Shown here: positions 1 to 12,879 of the stretch, one piece after another
Position numbering within the stretch: position 1 is the stretch's first letter
Layout of the letters: each line of letters opens with the position of its first letter
Assembly (NCBI GenBank): GCA_018398765.1
Contig: JAHBMJ010000350.1
Location: forward strand, 1-49,949
Source: Chromera velia
Lineage: Eukaryota
Reading direction: 5' to 3'
Length of the DNA stretch: 49,949 nucleotides
Program-made: the position numbers and the translations under genes
The notes under the pieces: model-generated
Databases searched by the model: none
The model's input: the letters and a program-made list of their open reading frames with translations, nothing else
What the model was told of the DNA's origin: nothing

Positions 1-7
1 CAAGGAG

Positions 8-1408
8 GTGCGGAAGAACGGTGAGGCCTTCTTGCACGAGAGTCAACAACTGGTGGAGAAGCTTTCAGAGGTGGTAGGGGGCTGCCAACCGGCCGCGCCC
101 ACCCTTGAAGAGGAAGGGAAGGGCGATGAAGCAAAACAACGTCTGACCGGAAAGAAGCCGAAAGCACGCAGGAGTCGAAGATTGACGGCAGCAGCTTGGG
201 CCAACAAGCAAGCGGCAGAGAAGCCAATGGCATCACAGCAGCCATCACAGCAGTCACCTGGAGATCAAAAAGCCGCTTCTGTGGGGAAAGAGAAAGGGAG
301 AGGGAGGAGAAAGCAGGAAGGGCGCATTTCATGGCGCCGTTTACCAGTAAGGTCAGAGGGTAAGAGTCGCAGTGCGGTCGCGCGATTGGGAGAAGGAGGA
401 GGGCGACTGCAGTCAGAAGGGCGGGGGTTTGGGAACAGCATCCAAGGCTCTCGTATGAATGTTCCGAGCGCTGTCGCCACGAGACAGGCAGGATTTGAGC
501 CGCATGATATTTTGAACGGCCGAGGTGACAGTATGCGGTTGCGTGGCTCACCGCACGATGGCCTGGCGGGTGAGAACACTGTGAGAGCCAGATGGGGGAG
601 TGTGTCCCCTGGCTTTGAGACGGAGGCAGGCGTTGTGTCTGGACAGGCAGTTGATGGAGAATTCGATTTTGGCGGGATGGATGGAGATGAGTTGATGGAA
701 GAGGGCGGTGTTGATGTGATGGAAGAGGGAGGCACGTGGAAGGAGACGCCCCACACGACATTTGATTTTCCGGTTCCGTCTCCATCAGAAGAAGTGGTGC
801 CGATGAGGCTCGGCTTAATCGAGCGGAGGCTATTCCCCGACGAGATTGGAGCTGGGTCGCAGTTCGGCCAGACAGAGGGTGGAGAGAGACGAGATGACTG
901 TGCAGGGCGGTCAGACGTGGAAACAGCACGCGAGACTGCTTTCAGGAAACACGGAGACGGGCGTGATTTAGTGAAGACAGGCAGAGCAGAAAGAAAGAAA
1001 CAGAAGCGGCAGGAGAAGAAGGAGAGACAGAGACAAGAAAAACATGAAAGGGAGTTGAATTCATTGAGGGAAGAGAGGCAAGGGACGGTGGAAGTTGCGG
1101 TGTCGAGGCAAGCGAGACGAAAGCAGGAGAGGGAGGAGGTGAAGGAACGTGAAAAGGAGAGGGCAAAGGAGACGGAAAGAAAAAAGAAACGAACAGTTCA
1201 GCAGACGTCTGGTGGGCTTTGCAGACCACCTCAGTACGACCCTCTCGTGCGAGAGTACTGGCGAGATCTTTCCTTTCGGGTGCGGACGTTGGGCGCGGAT
1301 TTCGTACCAGAGATGACAGGGGTTGGCACGGCTGACTGGCATGCCTTCTTAGCACGTTCTCGCCAAGGTGTTGAGCCGTTTGTCCCTCAGGTGTGGCACG
1401 GGGTGTGA
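8..1408 (+). CDS. Uncharacterised intronless ORF, probably open at the window edge; low complexity with a K/R/E-rich coiled-coil stretch; possibly repeat- or transposon-associated
   Basis: 466-codon stop-free frame without the microsatellite introns seen in the host genes. The C-terminal ~60 aa (PPQYDPLVREYWRDLSFRVRTLGADF...WHGV) look globular. No family recognised. Confidence 0.4.
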   Translation: MRKNGEAFLHESQQLVEKLSEVVGGCQPAAPTLEEEGKGDEAKQRLTGKKPKARRSRRLTAAAWANKQAAEKPMASQQPSQQSPGDQKAASVGKEKGRGRRKQEGRISWRRLPVRSEGKSRSAVARLGEGGGRLQSEGRGFGNSIQGSRMNVPSAVATRQAGFEPHDILNGRGDSMRLRGSPHDGLAGENTVRARWGSVSPGFETEAGVVSGQAVDGEFDFGGMDGDELMEEGGVDVMEEGGTWKETPHTTFDFPVPSPSEEVVPMRLGLIERRLFPDEIGAGSQFGQTEGGERRDDCAGRSDVETARETAFRKHGDGRDLVKTGRAERKKQKRQEKKERQRQEKHERELNSLREERQGTVEVAVSRQARRKQEREEVKEREKERAKETERKKKRTVQQTSGGLCRPPQYDPLVREYWRDLSFRVRTLGADFVPEMTGVGTADWHAFLARSRQGVEPFVPQVWHGV

Positions 1409-2139
1409 AAGAATTAGCATGGTACTACGGAGTTTGCGTTGTGTATAACGGTGTGTGAATTCGTTTGGCTTTAGAATTCTTTGGTTGTCTGAGCGGCTGT
1501 GCCTGTTCTGACAGCATCCGACGGCATTGACGTTGGAAGTTGTTCATTTGTTGTTAGCTCTTGGTTGGTTCTTTTGCCTCGCTTGTCTGTTTGTTGCAAG
1601 CTTGTTCGTAAATGTGAGCCAGATTTTTTTTTCTTTGGTCTACCGTGGAGTGTGTCACCGACCGCGCGTGGACGCGGTCCAGGAGGGGGAGGTGGCACGG
1701 TGTAGGGAAGAGTGAGACGACGTGATTGAATCAGATTTAAGACGGCATCACTGTATGACTCGGTCTGAATGGACAAATGAATAAATGGAAAAAATTCGTT
1801 TCTAGATCGATGCTTTCAGCTTGTTTGTTGTTCTTTTTCTTCGGCCAGCGTGGACGTGGCCTGGAGGGAGTGGTGGCACGTAACGATGTGAGCGTCTGAG
1901 TGACAATAAGTGGTTCCATGTGTCAGAATGGAATGAGCCGCGCGCATGCCGAGCCTAGCCGCATGCATGGCGTCGCGCCGTCTATGAGTCAATACACATG
2001 CAATGCAAGTCTATGCAGGTCAGTCAGTCTGAAAGCAATAGAGCATTGCTTTAGAGAGAAGTACGAACCTTGCATGACAGAACTTGAACTTACGACCTAT
2101 GAGCTCCGTTATGCTAGCCAACTAACTGTCACTCTCCAA

Positions 2140-3075
2140 CGGCTTGGGTGTGTAGGTGAATGAAGGGAGACAAGAAGATACAAGGAGAGCGAGTGTGTGA
2201 ACAGAAGCCGCTTAGGCATATGGGTGAATGAAGGGAGACAAGGAGATACAAGGAGAGCGAGTGTGTGTCACTGAACAGAAGCTGGTTGGGCGTGCAGGCG
2301 AAGAAAAAAAGACAAGAAAAACAAGTATGTGAACAGAAGTTAGGAACAGGAGCCGTTTGGGCCTATAGATGAATGAAGAGGAATCAATTATATGTCATTG
2401 AACAAAAGCCGCTCGGGCCTATGGTTAGGCTTGTGGATGAATGAAGAGATATCAAGTGCGTAAACAGAAGCCGCTTGGGCCTGCTGATGAATTAAGAGAG
2501 ACAAGGAGAGTGAGTGTGTGAACAGAAGCCGTTTGGGCGTGTGGGTGAATGAAGAGAGATAAGAAGATACAAGGAGAGCGAGTGTGTGAACAAAAGCCGC
2601 TTAGGCCTCATGCAGTGAATCAATGAAGAATAATAAAGAGAGACATGGAGAGCGAATGTGTAAACAGAAGCCGTTTGGGGCGTCACAATAGTGTGGGTAC
2701 ATGAACACAGATAGGGAAAGCGAGTGTGTGAACCGGTATGAACAGGCTAGGTGAACAGGAGCTGGTTGCTAATGGGCGTGTGGATGAATGAAGAGGGACA
2801 AGGACTCGTACAAGCATGTCAGCAGAAGATATTTACATGGGCGTGTGGGTACCTGAATGAATAGAGACAGCCTGTTACTAAGAGAGAATGAGACTCAGTG
2901 TATAAATAGAACTTCAAGCCGCTAGGGCCTGTAGGTAAATAGAAATAAACGAAGAGAGACAGAGAGAGCAAGTGTGTGAATAAAAGCCGTTTGGGCATGT
3001 GGATGTGAGAGTTTTAATGGAAACCGTTAACTTTGGGCATATGGGTGAGTGATTGAAGAGAGACAGGGAAAATGA
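2140..3075. repeat. Degenerate tandem satellite, ~68-bp unit
   Basis: Recurring unit GGTGAATGAAGRGAGACAAGRAGATACAAGGAGAGCGAGTGTGTGAACAGAAGCCG(C/T)TT(A/G)GGC. GTGAATGAAGGGAGAC occurs at 2156 and 2224 (period 68), with about a dozen progressively decayed copies. Confidence 0.85.
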
Positions 3076-5237
3076 GGGAGTAAGTGAGTGGGCCGGTAAG
3101 ACAGTGAGTGAGTGAATTAGTAAAGAAAGCAAGAATGACTCAGTGAGTTAGTGACTAAGTATGTTGGTGAGTAAGTAAGTGAACACAATCAACTACAGCA
3201 ACTAATACAGCAAGCGTAGCAAGCATGTAGTTTAGGACTTATATAATGTTATGTTCAAACATTTTATAGACTAGCTCACAGTCTCAGTCACAGCTAGATA
3301 ATTTAAAAGAGCAAGTTGATAATAAAAGGCGTATATAATGTTTGGCTACTATATATGCTACTATGCTACTACTAGAATGGCCAAAATATAAATGAAAGTA
3401 AATGAAAGAAACATTACAGCATGTGTATCTGTATATAAAAGACCTATATATTGACTCCGTAAATAAAAAATAAAAATGTAAGTAGATGTAAGCAGGGAGC
3501 ACTATAATTTTTTTTTTTTATAAGTAAAAATAAGTTGTTAAAGTTTTATCAGTAATGTATTGCTGCGGTTACAATTTTATTTTCTCTTTCACGTTTAACC
3601 TCCTTGAACGTAACTACCACTTGATAGTTCAGGCCGCATTTTTGGATAAGCTTGAAAGTCCACGCCGCAAGCACGGATTATTTATGGTATTTTGAAAACC
3701 AAAGCCACATATCTGGACGGTGTCTTGATTGTCTACACCGCAGGCGTGGACAGTCTCTTGAAAAAAGATGCCACAGATAGAGATGATCTTGATTATATTT
3801 TTTCAAGTAGCACTTAGGTTCAGGGAGGTTTCACGTTTATTCACATTAACACCATGTGTTAGCAAAGTCCTTGTACATCATTAATTTTTTTATTAGCAAA
3901 CGTATCTAATAGCAGAGCTCTTCTTATTTCTTCTTCTCAACCGTCTTGAAGCCCGTCCAGCCGTCTCCGGCCCTCTACGGCATTTACAGATACCGCGGCT
4001 ACGCCTTTGCGCAGCCAACAACCGTGATTGAGGGTTTTGTCATGCATATGCATGTACCACGATCATAGACGCACCTTTTAGTGCTCTCACCCTATCTCAC
4101 CCCTGGGGGCCACGGCATGTCCCGTAGGGACATTATAATCTGATGCATGTATGATGCATGTGTACGTCTAGATCAGTTCGTCTTTCGCTTTCCGGGACCA
4201 CGCATTCTTCAGGTGCGGGGCCAGGCTCATTTCCTGTTAAAGCGGCCTTCGCCGCGCTTCGATCTGCACGACGGAAACCTCAATCATCTGCACGACGGAT
4301 CATTCACGCGAGCTTTTTTGACGGAATTTAAATACAATACAATACAATTTAATTTTCTTTGCGACGCCCCATTTTTTTCGCGGCAAAATCGAACAATCGA
4401 ACTTTTGCAAGCTTTTCGCAACTATTCATGACAAAAAAGTTTTTATCACGAAATTCGTGTTTTCGCAACATGTTTTTCTATGTTTTCCCAAAAAACTCGA
4501 AAATGTGTCACAAAAATGTCACGGAGCTATACGAAGCTGAAATAATCGTGAACGGGCATCGCAAAGGTTCAAAGCAAAAAAATACTTTTTGGTTGTGTTG
4601 CGATTTTTTTTCGTGGAGGGTAATTTTTACCCCAAATTCCTGCGGAAATTTTTGTGATGCGTAGCGACGACGCAAAGCTATTTTTTGGCTTAAAATTGTT
4701 TACGACGCGTCGCTATCTAAAGGACTTCAGAGAATTTGAGATAATTTGAGGCTCCTAAATTTTTAAACTTTAGAGGTCAATTTCTCAAATTCTCATAAAC
4801 TATGATAAGTTGGAACTTGATGTATTCATGTTTTAACAATCTGCATTACATCATCAAGTTGCATATCGTGACATAGTAGTAGGTAGGCTAGGTCGTGACT
4901 TACCGAACGCTAGACGCCTACCCATAATAGCCGATGGCAATGGCGATGGCATATGATGATGATGGTGTATTAGCATCTAAGACTTTAAAACCACTCTTAA
5001 GTTCAAGAGTCTTAACTATTAGTAGACTCTTAGCCAGTAACATATGTATAGTATGATTTCTTTTCAAGTTGGTTACTAGCGCAATCAGTGCGACCGCATA
5101 TGACCGCATGCATGCACATGCATGCATAGGTATAGTCTGGAAGACACCTTAAGACACCTTAAATCAATGGAAGTATCTGTACCCAAGGGTTACAAAAAAA
5201 AAAATACTGAAACCAGTGTTTTTTCAAAACAGTTTTT

Positions 5238-8200
5238 TCACTGGAACTCGCTAGCACTTTCCCCGCCCGCTGCCACCGCCTCCACTCCTTGCACAACGGA
5301 TGAAAGGTCAAGGGAATCCAATACAGACAACCAAGAGAACCCCGCTTCTACAAGTAATCTAGGACCCGCTCTCTCTAGCTCGAGTTCATCCACTCCCCCC
5401 CCTCCACCCGTTTGGAAACCACCAAACGTTTCCACGTCCGCTCCTGTGATGCCACACGCACAAACGGTTTCTGCTCTTGCACGACGCAGAAAGAACAGCG
5501 CAGAATTGGGACATGCCGAGGCCACTGCACGTAGCCAAGCGACCTCTCTTGCTGCTACCGCTGCAGCCATGGCAAGCAGCGGAAGCTCTGACCGGACAAA
5601 AAGGACAAACAGAAACCAAAGCCCATTCGCACCCGCGACCGCTACGGCTGACTGACCCCCCTCACTGGTCCTCGAGGGTGCCCCGGCATGCCCCTCATGC
5701 GCTCGGCCCTGCCCCCTGCCCCCTGCAGCCGCCCTCTCACCAAATCCAAAACCAACTGCCGCTGCCGCTCCAAACGAAAGTTCCATTGAAGCGATCAAGG
5801 CAGTCAACCCGAGAGGGTGATCCCAGATCTCTGAAAGCTGTTTCTGCTTGGACCCACCACCTCCCCCTACCCCCTCCTTCCCGCAGGACCCCCCCACTGA
5901 ACGGAGTCTCCCGGACTGATTCGCCCGTCGAAGCCATTCGACGGCATCCAAAGAAAAGGCCCCGCAAAGCGAAATCAACCCACGCCAGTCAAAGACCATC
6001 AACCGCGACAACAAGGCCCCCTCGATCACCCCTTCCGTCTCAACAAAAAGTTTCGCAGCATCCACACGATCGATGCCGTCGGCCTCCGCAGAGAACACCG
6101 GAGGGGCCTCTGCCAGACTTCCCACGGGTCTCCACAATCTACTCACAGGTCTACCTCTCTCTTTCTCTTGCTCCTTCTTCTTTTCACTTTCTTTTCCCAC
6201 TGCTGCATCACTTGACAGGAACCCTTCCTTTTCCCTTTCCCTTGTGGCTGCAGGGGAAGAAAAGACGAAAAGCGCGCGAATGAAATCCGCGGCCGATCGA
6301 GCCAGAGGGAGATCTCTCTCCTCAAGGGACAGAGCCAAAAGTCTCAACCCATACTCCCGCCTCACCCTCAGAGGCCCCGTAAGGCTCTGGAGGATCAACA
6401 GGTACAGACTCGCAGTGTGGAGCTGCCGTGGTTTCTCGCAGCATCTCTGGAAGACATTGTGAGGGTGCAGACAGATTGTGCGGCTGCCTTTCTGTCCCCA
6501 CCCCCTCCCCTTCCCGCCCCAACGGCTGCTTCCTCCTCCTTCCCTGACAAGAGTCAAGGGAAACAACAAAAGAGGAGCCGTCAGAGGCTCAGTCTTTCTC
6601 ACACACCCAATCAACGTACTCGAGAGAACAGAAGGTGAGAAGGGCGGGAGCGCGAGGAGTCGGAGGGCTGCAGCCAGACTCCGGAAAACCGGACGCGACT
6701 CGCTCTCGGGACGCAGACACCTCAACAAAACGCTGCGGGCGGTCACTTCTCCTGACCCTGGCGCACCCCCCCCTTGACCCCCGTAGCTGTACGAAGCACT
6801 TCCTCCGAGAGGCGAGGTGGCCATCTCAGCACGCTCCCGTTTCAATTCTTCAGAAGCCGTGCGGGAGTACGCAGAGAGCGCAGGCTCAATGCAAGCGTGA
6901 AGGAGAAGCTCCGCGGAGTGGCGGAGAAAAGGCGAACCCTCAAGAAAAGAGAGCAGACGAGCGGCACACGTAAACGAAGGCCCTTGAGGGGCGGGCAGGC
7001 CTTCCAACCCTTCTGCTGCAGCAGCAGAGGAGCTCTCTCCTCCAGCCTGTGCATGTGCAGGCTCCTTCTCTCTAACCCATTCTGTCTCTTCTCTCCTCTC
7101 TACATACACACTCATTCCAGGATTTCCCTCCCCCTTCTCCTCTCTTTTCTGATCCCCATCGCTCTTCTCCTTCTCCCACTGCGCACAGTCAAGAAGCGGG
7201 CGCACGAGGATGTGAATAAACGGCTGAAGCTGCAGATGGAATCTCGTGGCAGTCACCCCTGCAGTCCCCCCCACATCCTTCTGCTGCATGTACATTTTCT
7301 CCCTTTCTTTCTCCTTTCTGTCCTTCTCTCTTCCCTGTATTGGCAGGTACGGTTTGTCTTCTGCTGACGTCTTCGTTGTGACTGCACCACCCCCTCCTGA
7401 GGCCGTCTCATCCCCCCTGAGGCCGTGGAGGGACCTGAAACGAGACCCACAGGAGTCGATTGTGCTCGTGGGGGAGCACGCAACCAAAGCGCCCATCTGC
7501 AGGCGACACGCACGCGCACAGCTAGATAGTGGAAGAGACAGCAACAGGAGCCGGCAATGAAGGAAGGAAGGAAGGAAGGAAGGAAACGCGGCAGAAAGAT
7601 ATAGACAGACAGAGGAGACAGGGGTCAAACGGAGGGAATGAATCGCACGAAATTGCAACTGAGTGAGTGAGACACTGGCTGGCTGATCATTTTCTTTCTT
7701 TCTGTCCTTCCGGACACTGAATCTCCCAGACGGACTCAGTGACTTCCTTTGCTCTCCATCACGAAAAGAAAGGCTGTGTGAAGTCTCTCTTCCCTTGCTC
7801 CTTGCAGACAGCCAGACAAACACACACGTGCCCACTCATACATACATACATACATACATACATATACATACATACATACATACATATTAATACATACAGA
7901 CAAACAGACAAGAGGCCTAGATGCGGAAATGGCATGCAGAATCGACGCAGAAAAAAGGCATACATACAGACATACATACATATATATACATACATACATA
8001 CATATACATACATACATACATACATATTAATACATACATACATACATACAGACAAGAGGCCTGGATGCGGAAATGGCATGCAGAATCGAGGCAGAAAAAA
8101 GGCATACATACAGACATACATACATACAGACATACATACATATTAATACATACAGACAAACAGACAAGAGGCCTGGATGCGGAAATGGCATGCAGAATCT

Positions 8201-10666
8201 AGGCACAAAAAAGGGAGGGACTAACACGCGCCGCCACCGCGACCAGAAGTACGGGGAAGGGCCTGTGATCGATTGGCATCAAACTTCTCGCACTTGCCCG
8301 CACAGCAACAACCTCTTTCTCTCTCTCCCTGTCCACCTTCCCCCCTGCTCTCTTCACAGCCTGTTGTTGACCATGAACCTCAGCCGGATCTGACGTCTCA
8401 GCCTGCAAATGGAGCGCCGAGAGTCCCCCCACGTCCTGGCACCAGATCACAACTCCTCCAGCAAGGCGTCGAAGCTCCTCGCCCATCGCTGCGTTCATGC
8501 ATTCATGCGATGCGATGCGGTCAGGTCAGACAGGTCGTCAAAGGAAGGCAAAAGAAAAGACAAAGAAAGAGGGAGAGAAAGAAAGGGATAGAGAGGAAGG
8601 AGCGGTGAGGGAGAAGAGGCGAAGGTTTACACAAACAGAGACTGCACGCATGCCTACATAGTTTTGCTGGAGGCCGAAGACTTGGTGCTCACAAGAACGT
8701 CAATCATATTTTTCTTTCGGGTGTCTTTCTGGTGCTTCTCTTTCTTTCGTCTTCACACCGCCACCCCACTTCGTTCAACATGCAGAGTGACCTTCCGTCT
8801 AATTAGCAGAACACACGGAGGGACATGTACTCCCTCCCTCCCTGCCTTTCCTTTTCCCCCGACAGGACAGAGACGCCCTGACATTTTTCGTTCCTGCGTT
8901 TTCTGTTCTTAGTTCCTTTTTCGGTATCGACAGTACATAGTCTAGGAAAAGAAAGAAGACAAGAGGATGACCAGCACACCATAGAAGGACAAAAACACAC
9001 ACAGAGACAGAAAGAGAGCCAGAGAGAGAGGAGACCGCCGACCCACCTGCATCAGATGGATCAGCTCGACAGTCCTCCAGCGTTCCCACCAGACACCGGA
9101 CAAAAGAAGGGTCGCATTGCCGTGTCCCCAGGGGCAGCAGATTGGACAGAACACGAAGGAGGGAACTTCTGCTTGCAAACAGAGAAGAGAAGAGAAGGGT
9201 TGCACATACATGAAGAGAATTCGTCCGATGACGGGGTCTTTATCGAAATGATGAGTTCCTCTCCTCACCTCTTCATATGAAAGAAAAGATTCTGCTCATT
9301 CGTCAGCGAACGAATGGGGGGCTTCAGAGAATACCGACCACAGGGCGGGCACAAGGAGAAAGGAAACATTACCAGACGGAAAAAGAGAGAGAGCACTTCC
9401 CCCCTTTCACCCTAGCTGGTGCATCTCAGGTTGGTTGAATGAACACGGCTTATGAACGTCCTATAGAGGACTCCCAGCCACAGCCAGGCAGGCACACAGA
9501 CAAACACACAGACAGACACAGGAAGGAAAGAAGAGCCTTCGCTTAGTTACGCGAAGAGCTGCCAAAGAGACAAGAAACAGAGCATGCATACCGGCGACAG
9601 ACGAACACACACACAAAAAGAAAGTCAAAGAGAGAAAGGGGGAGCGAACATACTCAGACTCACTCTTCTCTGCTTTGCAAGGCGAAGTGGTTCTTGTCCT
9701 TTCCCTTTGCCCCCCCCTTGCCGTCTCCCTGGACATCCACACCTCCCTCTGCCTCATCCCCGCCTTGCGCTTTCTTTCCTTCCGTCTCGTTCTGCTGTTC
9801 TTTTGTGCCTCTCGCCCCCCCCTTTCCCCCAGATCCTTCTATCACAGGCGGCAAAGAAGAGGAATGGTCCGTCCGAGAAACTCCTGACGGCCCTTCCTGT
9901 TGCGGTCTTTCCTTTTCGTTGGGAGGATTTTGACTGTCCGATCTTCTCCCTTTCCCTCTCCCCCCCTCTGCCTGGGTGAACGAAGCACCAACAGACACAC
10001 GGGGGAGAGTCAGGGGCGCAAAGTGGGCATCGAGCCTGTTCGTCCGGGCAATGGCCACTGGAAGAGAGACCGAGGAGGACACAGCAGGGATCTGCACCCC
10101 CTCCCTGTCCCTGTCCTTGTTCTTGTCCCGCCCCTCAGGTTGCTCCTCTCCCGCAATATCTCCAATGGACGCCCCACCAGGCTGACCACCAGGCTGGCCC
10201 CCTGAGAAGGCCGAGAAAGAGCCCACCCTTGCCCCCGCCCCCTTCTGCTGTTTTCCTGCGTCCTGCAGAGTGCGGCTCTCCCTCTCCCTCTCTGTCCACT
10301 CTCGAACTCTGCTTGGCGCCTCCGCCACCGACCTGCATCCATGCCTCCCTCAATACAGACAGTGAGTGCAGCACAACGAAAGGGACACATACACTCACGC
10401 ACACAGAGCCAGACTTCTCGGTGCTCTGTTTGAAAAAAGACAAAAAGAGAGAGAGACAGTGGCGCGGACAAGGAGACGGAAGCGGACTCTCAAGGACTAA
10501 ACCATCTTTCTTTCGTTCTTTCTTTCTTTCTTTCTCTCTCTCTCTCTCTCTCTCTGTCTGAACAACCTCCATGGAGGTAGGCATGCACCGACAGAAAAAG
10601 AAAGAAAACAACGGTATATAGACAATGATCGACAACCAACCGATACACACACACACACACACGCAT

Positions 10667-10704
<38 letters not shown>

Positions 10705-10791
10705 ACACACACATACGCACACACACACACACACACACACACACGCAGACACACACAACACGCTCCACACATACACACACACACGCACGCA

Positions 10792-10843
<52 letters not shown>

Positions 10844-12848
10844 TCAACCAACCAACCAGTGATGGCTTCCATCCGGGTCTGTGCCCCTCTGTTGACCCAA
10901 GTGACTGGACCCGTCCCCCCCCCCCCCNNNNNNNNNNNNNNNNNNNNNNNNNNNNNNNNNNNNNNNNNNNNNNNNNNNNNNNNNNNNNNNNNNNNNNNNN
11001 NNNNNNNNNNNNNNNNNNNNNNNNNNNNNNNNNNNNNNNNNNNNNNNNNNNNNNNNNNNNNNNNNNNNNNNNNNNNNNNNNNNNNNNNNNNNNNNNNNNN
11101 NNNNNNNNNNNNNNNNNNNNNNNNNNNNNNNNNNNNNNNNNNNNNNNNNNNNNNNNNNNNNNNNNNNNNNNNNNNNNNNNNNNNNNNNNNNNNNNNNNNN
11201 NNNNNNNNNNNNNNNNNNNNNNNNNNNNNNNNNNNNNNNNNNNNNNNNNNNNNNNNNNNNNNNNCCCCTCCTGCCCCTGATCCGAGGGGAGCTGCGAGGG
11301 GAGAGGAGAAGCGCCGCGACGATCCGAACCTCTCTCTCTGGTGGGAGGAGCGCGAGGCCAGTCCATCAGGCTCTCCATCTGCCACCCCCTCTCTCTCTTC
11401 TCCTAGCACAGAATACAGAGGGGACGACGAGACGATCCAACCAGGCGAGGGAGGGGAGTCAGCTGAGGGAGGGGACGCTGGCGGAGAAGGAGAATGGGAC
11501 CCTATCTGATTGACTCGTGCCGCTCCTTCTGCCGGGAGAGGCAGAGAGAGAGAACCGGGCGCCTGTGGCTGCACTGGCGCAGTTGGAGTGCTTCCCTTTC
11601 CCTCCGAGAGGAGCTCTTCCACTGCATCCATCCATCCATCCATCCATCCATCCATCCGCATGCACACCTGTACACACACGTTCATTGCCTCGCATGCCAC
11701 GACAGATGCAAGAATGAATGGCGGAATTGAAGCTCTCCGTGACATTCACACACTAGCAGACACGCGGAGAGATGTACACGCAGATTTTCACTCTGTCTGC
11801 ATGCACAGGCAACAGACACCGCGTGGGAACAGTAGCGAATGGAAGAGCTCAACAACGCAACGACGGAGTAAACAACACAAGAAGAAAAATGCAAGGACAG
11901 CACAAACCATATATGTCCCCCAAACAACGACGTCTGCACAAGGACCATGGGAGAAAGAGAGAGACCAAGACTGAAACAAGACCACAATAGAAAAGAAAGG
12001 TGCGCAAACCGACAGACAGAAATGCAGAAAGGAAAGCTAGCAGGCCGAAGGAAGACCATCGGAACAAATCTGCTGAAGCTGGACGGAAGGAAGAAGCCAG
12101 GGAGGGCTGCCTGCTCGCCTGCTCACTTTGAGAAGAATAGTCTCCAACCACACCAACGGCAGCCCCCTCCACCGCTACGTTTCCCATCATCCCGCCAGCG
12201 GGAGCCTTTGCACGGAGCCCGGCGGCGCTTCCCTCCAGCTCGACCCCGTTATGTTCGTCTGCTGCCGCTGTTGCGGGACGAGAGAGCGGAAGCCGAAGCT
12301 GCTGCTGTCCCTCCGTTTCCGTTGCCGCACCGGTGGAGGAGGAGGGGACGGGAGGACACAGAGGGTCCCTCTCCCCTTCTCCTCTCACCTCTCCGTCTCC
12401 CCCCGACTCTCCTCCCTTCGTCCCTCCAACAGGAAGCGATGTTGACGGGATGACGTTGTGTTGTGGCTCCGTTTCTTTTTGAGCGGCTCGCAGCTTTGCT
12501 GCATGAGGAGCAGCCTGGGGTTGCACGCTCTGTGAGGACGCGTTCAGAGAGGCCGTCAACTCGTCCCCTCGATCTGCAGTTGTCCATACATCCATCCATC
12601 CATCCATCTATCTGTCCATGGTGTAGGCAGGCAGACAGGAATGAACGAGGATGTAGTTGAAGAGTGTCCATCACACAGAGAGGGAGAAGCGAAGAGCCCA
12701 GGATACGGGCAAAGAGAAGAAAACGAAATGAAGAGAGCAGGCACCTCCCCTGCACCGATCCGCCTAGGCAGACAGAGAGACTTTAAGAAGCAACGCGCTA
12801 TCGCGTATTTCCGCTCGTACACACATACACATAGACGCACGCGCCCGC

Positions 12849-12879
<31 letters not shown>

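Noticed and set aside
5100..5130. TGCATGCA cluster as an ApiAP2-type binding site
   Set aside because: TGCATG is ubiquitous here, including at splice acceptors, and this cluster lies downstream of RIC1, so no specific function can be supported.
5122..7560. Plus-strand ORFs of 100-270 aa
   Set aside because: Antisense shadows of the GC-rich last RIC1 exon.
7838..8200. Repeat-spacer-like array
   Set aside because: The 'spacers' are (CATA)n microsatellite rather than unique sequence, so this is a simple intronic duplication.
8942..9268. ORF-track frame RRGTHHFDKDPVIGRILF… as a RIC1 exon
   Set aside because: Its phase is incompatible with the neighbouring exons; exon 9168-9047 in another frame fits both junctions.
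10135..11745. Long ORFs with (CV)n/(HT)n tracts, also at 32425-33170 and 41496-41947
   Set aside because: These are translations of dinucleotide microsatellites and N gaps; only the parts matching RIC1 exons are coding.
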